Part shown: piece after piece, positions 48,001 to 56,018 of the stretch
Layout of the letters: every line of letters begins with the position of its first letter
Numbering within the stretch: position 1 is the first letter of the stretch
From: an uncultured virus (IMG/VR IMGVR_UViG_3300048889_000033)
Taxonomy: Duplodnaviria > Heunggongvirae > Uroviricota > Caudoviricetes
IMG/VR virus record: IMGVR_UViG_3300048889_000033
Strand: one strand, 5' to 3'
DNA: 64,000 nucleotides
The notes under the pieces: model-generated
The model's input: only the letters and a program-made list of their open reading frames with translations
The model's database searches: none
Told to the model about the DNA's origin: nothing
Position numbers and translations under genes: made by a program

Positions 48001-51000
48001 CTTGAATCTCACCCATTACCAAGTGAATTTAAAGAACCCGAAGCAAAGCCACAACCGATTATTGTTCGTCATGCCGAAGCCGAAGAACCTATAGTACCCG
48101 GAGAGCCAGAAAATAAAAATCCACAGTTAACCGATTCTGGTAAAAAACAAGCCGAACAATTGGGCAAAGACTTTAAAGAAAAAGGAGTTATCCAAATAGT
48201 AAGTTCTCCCGTTGATAGGTCGTTGCATACAGCTAATATTGCTGCAAAAGAAAGTGGTGCATCTGTTAAACAAGACGAAAGGTTGGCCGAATATGACCCC
48301 CTAAAAGAATCATTGGATGAATTTGCCAATAGAGTAAATTCTGCCATGACTGACCTCAATAAATTAGGCTCAGAGACTGCCGTTGTTACCCATGGTAAAG
48401 TCTTGGGAATGATAGAGGCATTGGAAAAAAACAAAGGAGACATTGAAGCGGCAAAAAAAGATTTTGAAAATTCAAAGGAATATGATAACACGGAAGCCTA
48501 CGTACCACCATCTGGTGTATCTGTTATTCAACCGGGCGATATTCCTAATAGGGAGACTACAACGATATCCCCTGAAGAAAAGCCAATAAGTAAAGAGGCA
48601 CAGGCGTATAGAGACAGTGCAGCCCGTTTACGAATAGAGGGCGACGAAGAAGGGGCTAATAAATTGGACGAAGAAGCTAATCTGCTTGAATCGGGAGCAC
48701 CACCCATCGAAAAGCCCCCAGTAACCACACCAAGTCAAACGCCCCCCGAACAGTGGTCAGCCATCCGTAAGGAGAAATTACTTGAAATAGAGGGAGCTGG
48801 AAAGGTATTTGAGGAACAAACGGGGAAGCCTTGGTCGGAAACGCATAAAACCGCAATGGCTAATTTGCAGGCCATGTACCCCGATAAAAATGTATACGAT
48901 GCTGCTAAGGCCCGGGCCACCGAAATAGCCACGAAATACGATTTAGGACAAATATATAACCCAACATCGGAAGACCTTGCCGTATTACAATATTTAAAGG
49001 CCGAAACCGACTCACGTATAAACAATACAGTTGATCGGATGGCATCAGAGGATCAATCTAAACGAACTGGTGCCTTATTGGAGTATGAACAATATAAAAA
49101 CGACCTTATTACTATTGCAAAAGCAGCCAATCCACAAGAGGCAGGTCGGGCGTTTAATATCCGACAGTTAGAAGCCAAAGTTATTGACGAAAACAATGGT
49201 TTACAGATTCGTCGGATGGATTTTATGAAAGCAAAGGGAGGCGAAAAGCTAACCGCTGAAGAAATGGAATGGACAGCAAATCAGTGGGAGAAAGAAAAGG
49301 ACGTTATGCGTCGGGATCAGGAGTTGAAAGAGAAGGGCATGCAGGAAGCATTTGATAAGCAGATGCAGCAACTCCAACGGGACTATGAAAAGAAGTTAAA
49401 GGATGTTGGTAAAGAAAAGAAAGCTCCAACAGCTAAGACAGAAAGAACACTTAGTCAGAAAGGCAAAGAAGTTGCAGATAAATTACGTAAAGGGTTAAAA
49501 TCGGATAAGGGGACATTACAGGCTGATATAACATTGGGTTTGAAAGATTTGGCCGTTGAAGCCGTAGCAAAATTGATAGAAGGCACCGCCGATATTGCGC
49601 AGGCAATTGTAGAAGTTTTGAAAGATGCTAAATTTAAGGGGTTAACAAAAGAGGATTTAACTAATCACATATTGGGCATTCTTGACCGGCAGGAAAACAA
49701 AGCCGCTGCCTTTGAGAAGATAAAAGACCATGCCGAATTAAATAAAGTATCGGACGTTACCACCGACATGGTATCAAAGAACTTTATACGGGATTATGTA
49801 AACGCCCATATCGGCGAGTCTGATCCAAAGGATGTGCTAGATGCCGCCTTGAATGAATTAAAAACCGTCCTTCCCGACGTTACTAAAGAAAAACTTCGTG
49901 AAGCCTACCTGAAAGAAGGTGAATTCAAACAACCTTCTCGTAAAGACTTAGAAACTCAATATAGTAAAGACCGTAAGGAATTACTTGCTATTACTAAGTT
50001 GGAAGAAGACATAGACGACCTTAAAGCAGAACAGGAATTAAAAGTACGTGGTAGTAAGGGTGAGCGTGAAAAAGGTGAACACGAAACCAAGCTAATTAAC
50101 GAGAAGGACGAATTGTTAGCTATTAAAGACCGTTCTGAAAAGGAGCAAAAGAGGTTAATAGAACTTAATTCAGAACTTGAACGTATACAAGCTCGTAGGG
50201 AAAAAGAAAAGGTTGAAAAGAAGCCGGTAGGGGCTAAGGAAGTCAGCGATCGGGAACAGGAAATTTTAGACAAGATAAAAGACGAACAGGATAGGTGGGA
50301 TGCAGAAAAGAAGGCTGCCGTACAAGCCAAAGAAGATTATCGTAAACTGGAAACAGAGCGTAACCGGCAAATAGCCGTAGTAGATAAGTTAAACGAAAAA
50401 AAGAAAAGGTTATTAGCTTCTGGGGAAAAGGAGTCATCGAAAAAGGGGGAGGTTACCAAGGATACCCCTGAAATAGAAGCCGCCAAAAAGGAAATAAAAG
50501 AAATAGAAAAACAAATCAGCGAAGGAAACGCCGAAGTAAAAAGGATAGAAAGAGAGCAAGAAAGGGAGAATGACAAGGGTAAAAAGCGTATCCTGAAAAT
50601 AGCGGAGATGGATGCTAAAATCCGCCGGTTAAAGGAACGCGGTGAACTTATAAAGGAGCATAAGAAAAAAGATCCTGAAGAAATAGACAAGGCCATTCAG
50701 GCCGCTGAAAATAGGCTTAAAAAGACACTTAATGATAAGGGGCTGAAAGTATCCAGTGAGGATAAGTATGCCAAATCCGGGGCCGAAGCAAGGGCTAAAA
50801 CGCATAATGACCGTTTGGATACCATATCCAATAAAATTCAGGATAGGATTGACAAAGGTGATTTATCTACTGACCAAAAGGAAGCTCTTTCAAAACTGAA
50901 GGCTAAACTTGATGGGGCAAAAATTAAACTGGATGAAAATTCGGCATTAAGTAATGACCCTATTATTAATCAAGGGTTGGAACTGTTGAAGAAAGCCAAG

Positions 51001-53136
51001 TCTGAATTTGACAGGGAATCAGGGATTAAAAACATATCGGTACTTGGTGAGTTTAAAAAGGACTTGCAAAAAGCCATAGACGGATTTAATAACGATAAAT
51101 CAGAATCTGAACAAGACATAAAGTTACAACGAACCAAAGATCAATTAAGACAGAGTACGGCTGAAACTCAAAGAAAGATAAATGCAGGTGAATTTGAGGA
51201 TAAACCTATTGTTGCCTTAAATAAATCCGATGCCGAATTAGTTAAATTACAAATAGAAAAAAATAAGGTAGAATCTGAATACAGAAAACGACAACAGGAA
51301 ATAGAGGATAAGAATAAGTCGAAGTTAAAACAGGCTGCTGAATTATTAAGAGCCTCATATGTAGCTGCTTTGATATGGAAGTTTGGCACATTGGCGAAGG
51401 TTGCTACGATGGCAGTTGTACGACCTACTGTAGAGGCTACCACAAAACTGACCGGAGGAAAGATATTTGATACCTTATTCCCGTCTATTTCAACGGCTGC
51501 AAAAAGAGGGGGGGAAAGTACCAGTATTCGATCTATAGCCAAATCGTACGAGGCTCAGTTTGCTCACTATGGTGAAAAGAAGATGCAGGAAATTTACGAC
51601 CGGTCAAATAAAAAGTATGAAGAATCTGAAAAACAATACAACGACTATATTCCGGAGCACGAAAAGATAAAAGAGGAAAAAGGCACGGATTCGATAGAAT
51701 TTAAGCAGTCCGAAAGGAAATTACAAGACCTGAAGGACAAACGGGATGGTGATATGTTGAGTGCTGTTGCTAACTTTGCGTATCAATTTATTGGAGGGTC
51801 TTCTATTCAAGATGCATTAAGTGCCCTTATTCACCGTTCTAATAAAATAGAAAAAGAATTCGGGGATTTTAACGAAGAAAGTTTCAAAGACGGAACAGCA
51901 GTAGACAAGATAAATTATGTAATCGGATTTATTGGCCGGTCGCATAGTGCTTTGAAAACATTTTCAGGTCGCGCTAGTTTCGTATCCGGATTTGTGGCAA
52001 GAATGGAAGGGGCTTTGGCTGATGGGGTGGACATAACCAAGTCAGACAAGATAATGGAGATAGCCAATGATTCTTATTTGGATTGGGATAGAGGCAAGTA
52101 CCAGCAGAGTAACTTCGTTACCGATACGATGAATAAAATATCTCAAACCCTTGAAAAATCACAAGAGGGGAAACCTTGGGAGAAATATGCTAAAGCCACA
52201 TCCTTCTTTTTAAAATTAGATTTGCCTATCACAAGAGTGCCAGTAAACATACTCCATGAATCCGTTGTAGAATATACGGCAGGGTTCTTTAAGGCGACCT
52301 TCATGGCCGCCAACGCCTACCGGAAGGCAAATAACGAGATTAAAATGAGCGAAAACCTGATGCCGGGGGAAAAGGAATTCAAGGATGCATTGCGTGAAAG
52401 GGTTCAAGGAATGGATGCTACGCAGGCAGCTACTATTGCAAGGTGCTTCAGAAAGGGTTCTTTTGGATTGGGTATATTTGCCCTTGTTTCTATATTAGGG
52501 GTCGCTCAGTTTGGAGGATTCTATGCCAAAGGCCAAAAGAAGAAAAAGCCTGACCAATTGGAAGAGGGGGAATTAAATCCCGGCGAAATAATGATAGGAA
52601 AAACAAAGCAGGGAGAATTATTGACCAAAATAATAGAGCATACCCCGGCCCTGTATCCTAGCTTATTTGCAGCCAATATGATAAAGGTCTATAAAGACAA
52701 TGTACATAAAGGGACTGAAACATGGGAAGGGGCAGGAAAGGCCTTAATGGCTAATTTGGAGGCTATGCAGGATGCTATACCTCAAACAAAAATATTGAAT
52801 CCCATTGGCGTTTCAGAAGATGCAGGAAAGGGAGCATTAAGGAGTATTGGTAAGGCGTGGGAGCCCTTCGACGTAGATGCCGATGGCAATCTAATTGAAA
52901 GGAAGCCATTTGATTTCAAAGACCAAATAAATTTAGCTATCGGCAGACGTGGTGAAGTATTGACTGAGGAAAATTATAAACAGGCTGCCAAGGTTGCCAA
53001 TTCCTATAAGAAGGAAATTCAGGCAGCATATAAGGAAGGTCAAACAAAGGAACGAATCGAAACTATTAAGAAAGAACGTGACGAAGCCATTGATGAAATA
53101 TATAGACTCAATAAAGAAGAAAACCCTAGTAAATGA
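45028..53136 (+). CDS. Giant ejection/polyvalent protein with internal histidine-phosphatase domain
   Basis: 2702 aa; helical and coiled-coil regions; IIVRHAE..LT..GKKQA..IVSSP..RS..TA..L.E..ES..R..VVTHG at about 48055-48430. Confidence 0.8.
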   Translation: MGKAVRTDNEGLPIPSTNGMQTDTLEIDNEGLPVPQIKKKDAGGPASKASPSGSTPTPTSSGQQPIASGSELPQIKSDFGIFGFENKKQKITTADGFDMPADHNKLPDFIADKEKYTAEAQKRVLDGSYTSADIDTITKVTGKSRKAVEGYLKDKSLGLATEDQEQLQQKNEELKQSIVSYNKEMGTTLDPKDILSSSQKTADFIQQVQRAKKTLLAKEAQRVATLKADPNGVTYSMKNGQIVTTPNKDLPLINLDPQAFINKYADYEKVLQDHAVKLTIDEDRKAGVAPDKTVVKIAQRLDPVGMARAQKVENTPKGLDAISDTDINPFKALGHVAESVFGTKEKDDLLNSIKGEAELKYQNGLRELAINKISTGIINTEDPKSKELIKEGQEQLKQVDDNAIYKYPALVKREIARAVSERIGRESGQLEGSSVESLRGLEEKIHGASREDYVRVMQEMGYFDNPKTKDAAEQLVGQTELFSDASYVGSFGSSVMHPIKDLGYSLGDITGYRNARDVYTSKISDELFPKETAKLKDHVAVVRNIVNTTGNLIGMTALAVGTEGLGTEVGMSAKAAGHLGSYVSFGIPSFDAAYKESYNFLDNDAARGLYATMTAITNAEGGRLLDLGKVARIPGVSDAFAKVADGITKKTISQDAVRELLGEQTNKYVDFAVKYGKNVTKGAATMAYFNATNSILKAGFGDPSVKADDILPQTAHAFFGGLLGMSIMGAWGAAADMRKEANTTYKGGIYSMALNHDAAADVFKIALDNGSLTKAEYTNKMSVLNGAKMAKDVVELAAQEKELNLTHDQKAVFVANKTVEGVLKEKLKNTQGEKEKEKIQSQIDRLHNQSNEIFDGLKFNEVLEPLYDLHNAEKEYNKALQDVKLGVITDKEFEAKKKAFEKLQYNYFEGGMEKDAKNNEVKRLLTKGIESGEISDTYKAYEQHPEHLLKFIAGQSQGLVEDADGNVTKHPIGGNEAGMRAQFGDALVDHALESHPLPSEFKEPEAKPQPIIVRHAEAEEPIVPGEPENKNPQLTDSGKKQAEQLGKDFKEKGVIQIVSSPVDRSLHTANIAAKESGASVKQDERLAEYDPLKESLDEFANRVNSAMTDLNKLGSETAVVTHGKVLGMIEALEKNKGDIEAAKKDFENSKEYDNTEAYVPPSGVSVIQPGDIPNRETTTISPEEKPISKEAQAYRDSAARLRIEGDEEGANKLDEEANLLESGAPPIEKPPVTTPSQTPPEQWSAIRKEKLLEIEGAGKVFEEQTGKPWSETHKTAMANLQAMYPDKNVYDAAKARATEIATKYDLGQIYNPTSEDLAVLQYLKAETDSRINNTVDRMASEDQSKRTGALLEYEQYKNDLITIAKAANPQEAGRAFNIRQLEAKVIDENNGLQIRRMDFMKAKGGEKLTAEEMEWTANQWEKEKDVMRRDQELKEKGMQEAFDKQMQQLQRDYEKKLKDVGKEKKAPTAKTERTLSQKGKEVADKLRKGLKSDKGTLQADITLGLKDLAVEAVAKLIEGTADIAQAIVEVLKDAKFKGLTKEDLTNHILGILDRQENKAAAFEKIKDHAELNKVSDVTTDMVSKNFIRDYVNAHIGESDPKDVLDAALNELKTVLPDVTKEKLREAYLKEGEFKQPSRKDLETQYSKDRKELLAITKLEEDIDDLKAEQELKVRGSKGEREKGEHETKLINEKDELLAIKDRSEKEQKRLIELNSELERIQARREKEKVEKKPVGAKEVSDREQEILDKIKDEQDRWDAEKKAAVQAKEDYRKLETERNRQIAVVDKLNEKKKRLLASGEKESSKKGEVTKDTPEIEAAKKEIKEIEKQISEGNAEVKRIEREQERENDKGKKRILKIAEMDAKIRRLKERGELIKEHKKKDPEEIDKAIQAAENRLKKTLNDKGLKVSSEDKYAKSGAEARAKTHNDRLDTISNKIQDRIDKGDLSTDQKEALSKLKAKLDGAKIKLDENSALSNDPIINQGLELLKKAKSEFDRESGIKNISVLGEFKKDLQKAIDGFNNDKSESEQDIKLQRTKDQLRQSTAETQRKINAGEFEDKPIVALNKSDAELVKLQIEKNKVESEYRKRQQEIEDKNKSKLKQAAELLRASYVAALIWKFGTLAKVATMAVVRPTVEATTKLTGGKIFDTLFPSISTAAKRGGESTSIRSIAKSYEAQFAHYGEKKMQEIYDRSNKKYEESEKQYNDYIPEHEKIKEEKGTDSIEFKQSERKLQDLKDKRDGDMLSAVANFAYQFIGGSSIQDALSALIHRSNKIEKEFGDFNEESFKDGTAVDKINYVIGFIGRSHSALKTFSGRASFVSGFVARMEGALADGVDITKSDKIMEIANDSYLDWDRGKYQQSNFVTDTMNKISQTLEKSQEGKPWEKYAKATSFFLKLDLPITRVPVNILHESVVEYTAGFFKATFMAANAYRKANNEIKMSENLMPGEKEFKDALRERVQGMDATQAATIARCFRKGSFGLGIFALVSILGVAQFGGFYAKGQKKKKPDQLEEGELNPGEIMIGKTKQGELLTKIIEHTPALYPSLFAANMIKVYKDNVHKGTETWEGAGKALMANLEAMQDAIPQTKILNPIGVSEDAGKGALRSIGKAWEPFDVDADGNLIERKPFDFKDQINLAIGRRGEVLTEENYKQAAKVANSYKKEIQAAYKEGQTKERIETIKKERDEAIDEIYRLNKEENPSK

Positions 53137-53255
53137 GTATAATTGAAACAGTATATAATGTAATCCTTACAATAGGCATGATTGTAATGGCCATTGGAGG
53201 GGTTGTAACTTTGGCGGCATTGATTTTATCTCCTTTTATAAACAGTATTAAATGA
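53133..53255 (+). CDS. Small membrane protein
   Basis: Manual 40-aa ORF MSIIETVYNVILTIGMIVMAIGGVVTLAALILSPFINSIK; ATGA overlaps at both ends. Confidence 0.6.
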   Translation: MSIIETVYNVILTIGMIVMAIGGVVTLAALILSPFINSIK

Positions 53256-53830
53256 TTCTACTTTCCGCTCACAGAGATAAAATTAAAAGTGAATATCGAT
53301 TTGAATACAAGAATGGTAAATTCATTGGATTATTGGATAATTCGATAGGGGAATACTTAATCAGTGATTTAGTAATAAGCGACCCGGCACTACGAAAAAT
53401 GGAAAAGATGGGTAAAATTGGCCTATTCTATGGAGACAGTGAAGAATGGAGTACGATTACCGACATGCCAAAGTTATCCAATAAGGATTTAGTTGTAGTG
53501 GTAGACGTGTGCTCAGGGAGTCAATATAATGGTCTATCCTTTTCGCTTGAAAACATCAATGGTATAGAAAAGGGGAGAATAAAGAAATTAAAGGAAAGTT
53601 TAGAATGGGAAGGGTTTAAATTCAGGACTAAACTTTATGATGGTAACCCTGACGATGAAGATGAGGCATTCTATTGGGTAGAAAAATCAATACCGGTTAT
53701 CAGTTTTATTGTCCCAATTGAAGCCGGGAGTAAAAACACAGGATGGCATGTAGATGATTGTTCAATAAGTATTGATAAATTAGTCACGGCAAAGCAAGGG
53801 CTTACGAGGCTACTAAACTATTTATTATAA
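53252..53830 (+). CDS. Hypothetical protein
   Basis: 192-aa ORF. Confidence 0.7.
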   Translation: MILLSAHRDKIKSEYRFEYKNGKFIGLLDNSIGEYLISDLVISDPALRKMEKMGKIGLFYGDSEEWSTITDMPKLSNKDLVVVVDVCSGSQYNGLSFSLENINGIEKGRIKKLKESLEWEGFKFRTKLYDGNPDDEDEAFYWVEKSIPVISFIVPIEAGSKNTGWHVDDCSISIDKLVTAKQGLTRLLNYLL

Positions 53831-55101
53831 TGTATCAGGAAGTTAATTTAAAAGAGAAGACGGTAATGGTGATCGACTTCGGAAATTATATAGGGGTTGC
53901 GAGAAGATTGAGTAAAGAGTTCGGATGCGTGTATTACCATTCCCCCTTTGTCATAAACGGTTTCCCTGAACATAACCCAGTGGATATTGGTCGTGGTGTG
54001 TCCGAAATAATTAAAGTACAAGACTTTGAAGATTATATAGAATCGGTGGATTTGTTCGTTTTCCCAGACCTATATTTCAAAGGTCTACAACGTTTTTTAC
54101 GTCGTCAAGGGAAGTTAGTGTATGGTAGCGGGGATGCCCAAGTGATGGAAACCGACAGGGGCTATATGAAAATGTTACAAAAGGAGTTAGAATTACCAAC
54201 CAACGAATACGAGGAAGTGGAAGGGTTATATAATCTTGAAGAACGTTTAAAAGTATTAGAGGATAAATATATCAAAAGTTCTTTGCGCGGAGATTCTGAG
54301 ACTTTTAAACATATTAACTATACCCTATCCAAAGAAGAATTAAAGGGAATGAAGCATAGGATGGGTATTTTCGATAAAAAAGAAAAATACATTATAGAGA
54401 GTAAAATTGAATCAATAGCAGAAGTAGGCATCGATACAGAAACAGCAGATGGAATGTTTCTTGATGTTAGCCTCACTGGGATCGAGTTAAAAGATGTTGG
54501 CTTCTACGGAAGGATGTTAAGTTATGGCCGACTGCCAAAACAAATAAAAATTGTAACAGATAAATTGGCACCCGTTTTTGAGAGTTTTGGTTATAGGGGA
54601 CCATATTCGAATGAAATAAGAATAGACAAAGAATTGGATGGATATTTAATAGACCAAACTTGCCGAATGCCTTCGCCGCCGACCTCTCTTAAATTACTTA
54701 TGTACGAAAATTATGGGTATGTACTTTGGGAAATAGCTAACGGGAGAATACCGAAAGTTAGATATAAATACGAGCACGGGGTACAATTCATAATAAAATC
54801 TGAATTAGCTAAGACGGAGCCAGTGGCCATACAGTTTCCAGAAATTTACAAAGACCACATTGATATAAAGAACTTGGTTATTGATGATGATGGAACTTAT
54901 TACTATACTCCCAATGGGGTATCAATGTGTGAAATAGGGAGCGTATCTGCGGCCGGCCATTCTATTGAACAGGCTGTAAAATTAGCCACAGAAATATCTA
55001 AAACCGTGAAAGGGTTTGACCTTTATATAAATACAGATTGTATCGAAGACGCCCAAAAGCAAATAAAAGAACTCAACAAAAATGGTATCCGTTATCTGTA
55101 A
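53830..55101 (+). CDS. ATP-grasp ligase, divergent PurD (GARS)-like
   Basis: DLFVFPD, VYGSG...METDR..MK, YIK, YIIE..I..EV, GYRG..S.E, ID.TCR...P, G.V.A.G.SIE.A. Confidence 0.75.
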   Translation: MYQEVNLKEKTVMVIDFGNYIGVARRLSKEFGCVYYHSPFVINGFPEHNPVDIGRGVSEIIKVQDFEDYIESVDLFVFPDLYFKGLQRFLRRQGKLVYGSGDAQVMETDRGYMKMLQKELELPTNEYEEVEGLYNLEERLKVLEDKYIKSSLRGDSETFKHINYTLSKEELKGMKHRMGIFDKKEKYIIESKIESIAEVGIDTETADGMFLDVSLTGIELKDVGFYGRMLSYGRLPKQIKIVTDKLAPVFESFGYRGPYSNEIRIDKELDGYLIDQTCRMPSPPTSLKLLMYENYGYVLWEIANGRIPKVRYKYEHGVQFIIKSELAKTEPVAIQFPEIYKDHIDIKNLVIDDDGTYYYTPNGVSMCEIGSVSAAGHSIEQAVKLATEISKTVKGFDLYINTDCIEDAQKQIKELNKNGIRYL

Positions 55102-55107
55102 TTACTT

Positions 55108-55121
55108 TTTACCCGGGTAAA
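55108..55121. promoter_or_regulatory. Perfect 14-bp palindrome, candidate operator
   Basis: TTTACCCGGGTAAA, followed by a -7-like TTACTTTG. Confidence 0.65.
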
Positions 55122-55152
55122 CACTTCTTACTTTGTCCTCCAAATAATTCAT

Positions 55153-55177
55153 ATAGCCATCCAAAATGGCTATTTTT
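55153..55177 (+). terminator. Hairpin with U-tract (terminator or 5' leader stem)
   Basis: ATAGCCAT-CCAAA-ATGGCTAT-TTTT. Confidence 0.6.
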
Positions 55178-55190
55178 CCTTTAAAAATCG

Positions 55191-55595
55191 TTGTCTTCCA
55201 AGACTTTCCAGTTTCTAGCGGATACTATTAACGGGGTTATTCAAGAAACTCCGGCATCCTTTTATTTCCCCTGTGACCAAATAGTACCGTTAGGCATACA
55301 AATCGTACGTGATTTCGATGATGATTTATGCATAATCGCTAAAAGGGTATATGTTATAAGGTATGGGCAAGACTTATTCGGGTCTACACAATTTACCGAT
55401 CTGAATAGTTTCATGCAGTATCGAAATTCCGGTTGTCATTGTTGTTCGGAATGTGGGTCTTATGTCCTTATTGCAAATGGGTGTTTCCTTACAATAAATG
55501 GTTGTCATATAGTTATAAAGCCTTGTAAGGGGATAGTCCTGAAGGCAAACGGTTGTTATTTAACAATTAACGGATGTACAATAAATCTTAATTAA
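55191..55595 (+). CDS. Cys-rich putative structural protein
   Basis: CHCCSEC and tandem ANGCFLTINGC / ANGCYLTINGC; TTG start. Confidence 0.6.
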   Translation: MSSKTFQFLADTINGVIQETPASFYFPCDQIVPLGIQIVRDFDDDLCIIAKRVYVIRYGQDLFGSTQFTDLNSFMQYRNSGCHCCSECGSYVLIANGCFLTINGCHIVIKPCKGIVLKANGCYLTINGCTINLN

Positions 55596-55596
55596 A

Positions 55597-56016
55597 ATGG
55601 CGTCATGCGAGATTGAAATAAGTACAGGGTTACCAGTTCTTACAAGCTGCCCGGGGAATAACGAGCTTATTTTATTTGCCAATGCCGTGGGCGGATTGGA
55701 TTCATCCGGTAATTTAACAACCGGATATGCTGTAAGGACGTGGGCTACGGTTTTTGCATGCATTCAATCAAAATTATTTGGAGAAGGCGGCTTGACAATA
55801 AATGGGACACAATTAGATGGTAGTAACATATACACCGATCCAAATATGCCACCTCTTGCCATTATCTTCTACAATGGTATCGGTCGGTTTCTTCTTTATG
55901 GGACTGAATGGAAATACGTAAATAATACTGATACTTCGGCAGGGATACAAATATTAATACCTGGAACATTTGGGGCATCCGATTATTTCACCATATTACC
56001 GAACCCAAATTCATAA
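55597..56016 (+). CDS. Putative tail fibre-associated protein
   Basis: 139 aa, IFYNG..L..G.EW pattern. Confidence 0.55.
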   Translation: MASCEIEISTGLPVLTSCPGNNELILFANAVGGLDSSGNLTTGYAVRTWATVFACIQSKLFGEGGLTINGTQLDGSNIYTDPNMPPLAIIFYNGIGRFLLYGTEWKYVNNTDTSAGIQILIPGTFGASDYFTILPNPNS

Positions 56017-56018
56017 GC

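Noticed and set aside
45028..53136. Virion RNA polymerase as in crAss-like phages
   Set aside because: No DFDxD/DxDGD catalytic motif in a plausible context; FDVDADG near the C-terminus lies in a helical tail region
53830..55101. Assigning the symbol purD as an auxiliary metabolic gene
   Set aside because: Canonical PurD signature motifs are missing and there is no pur context
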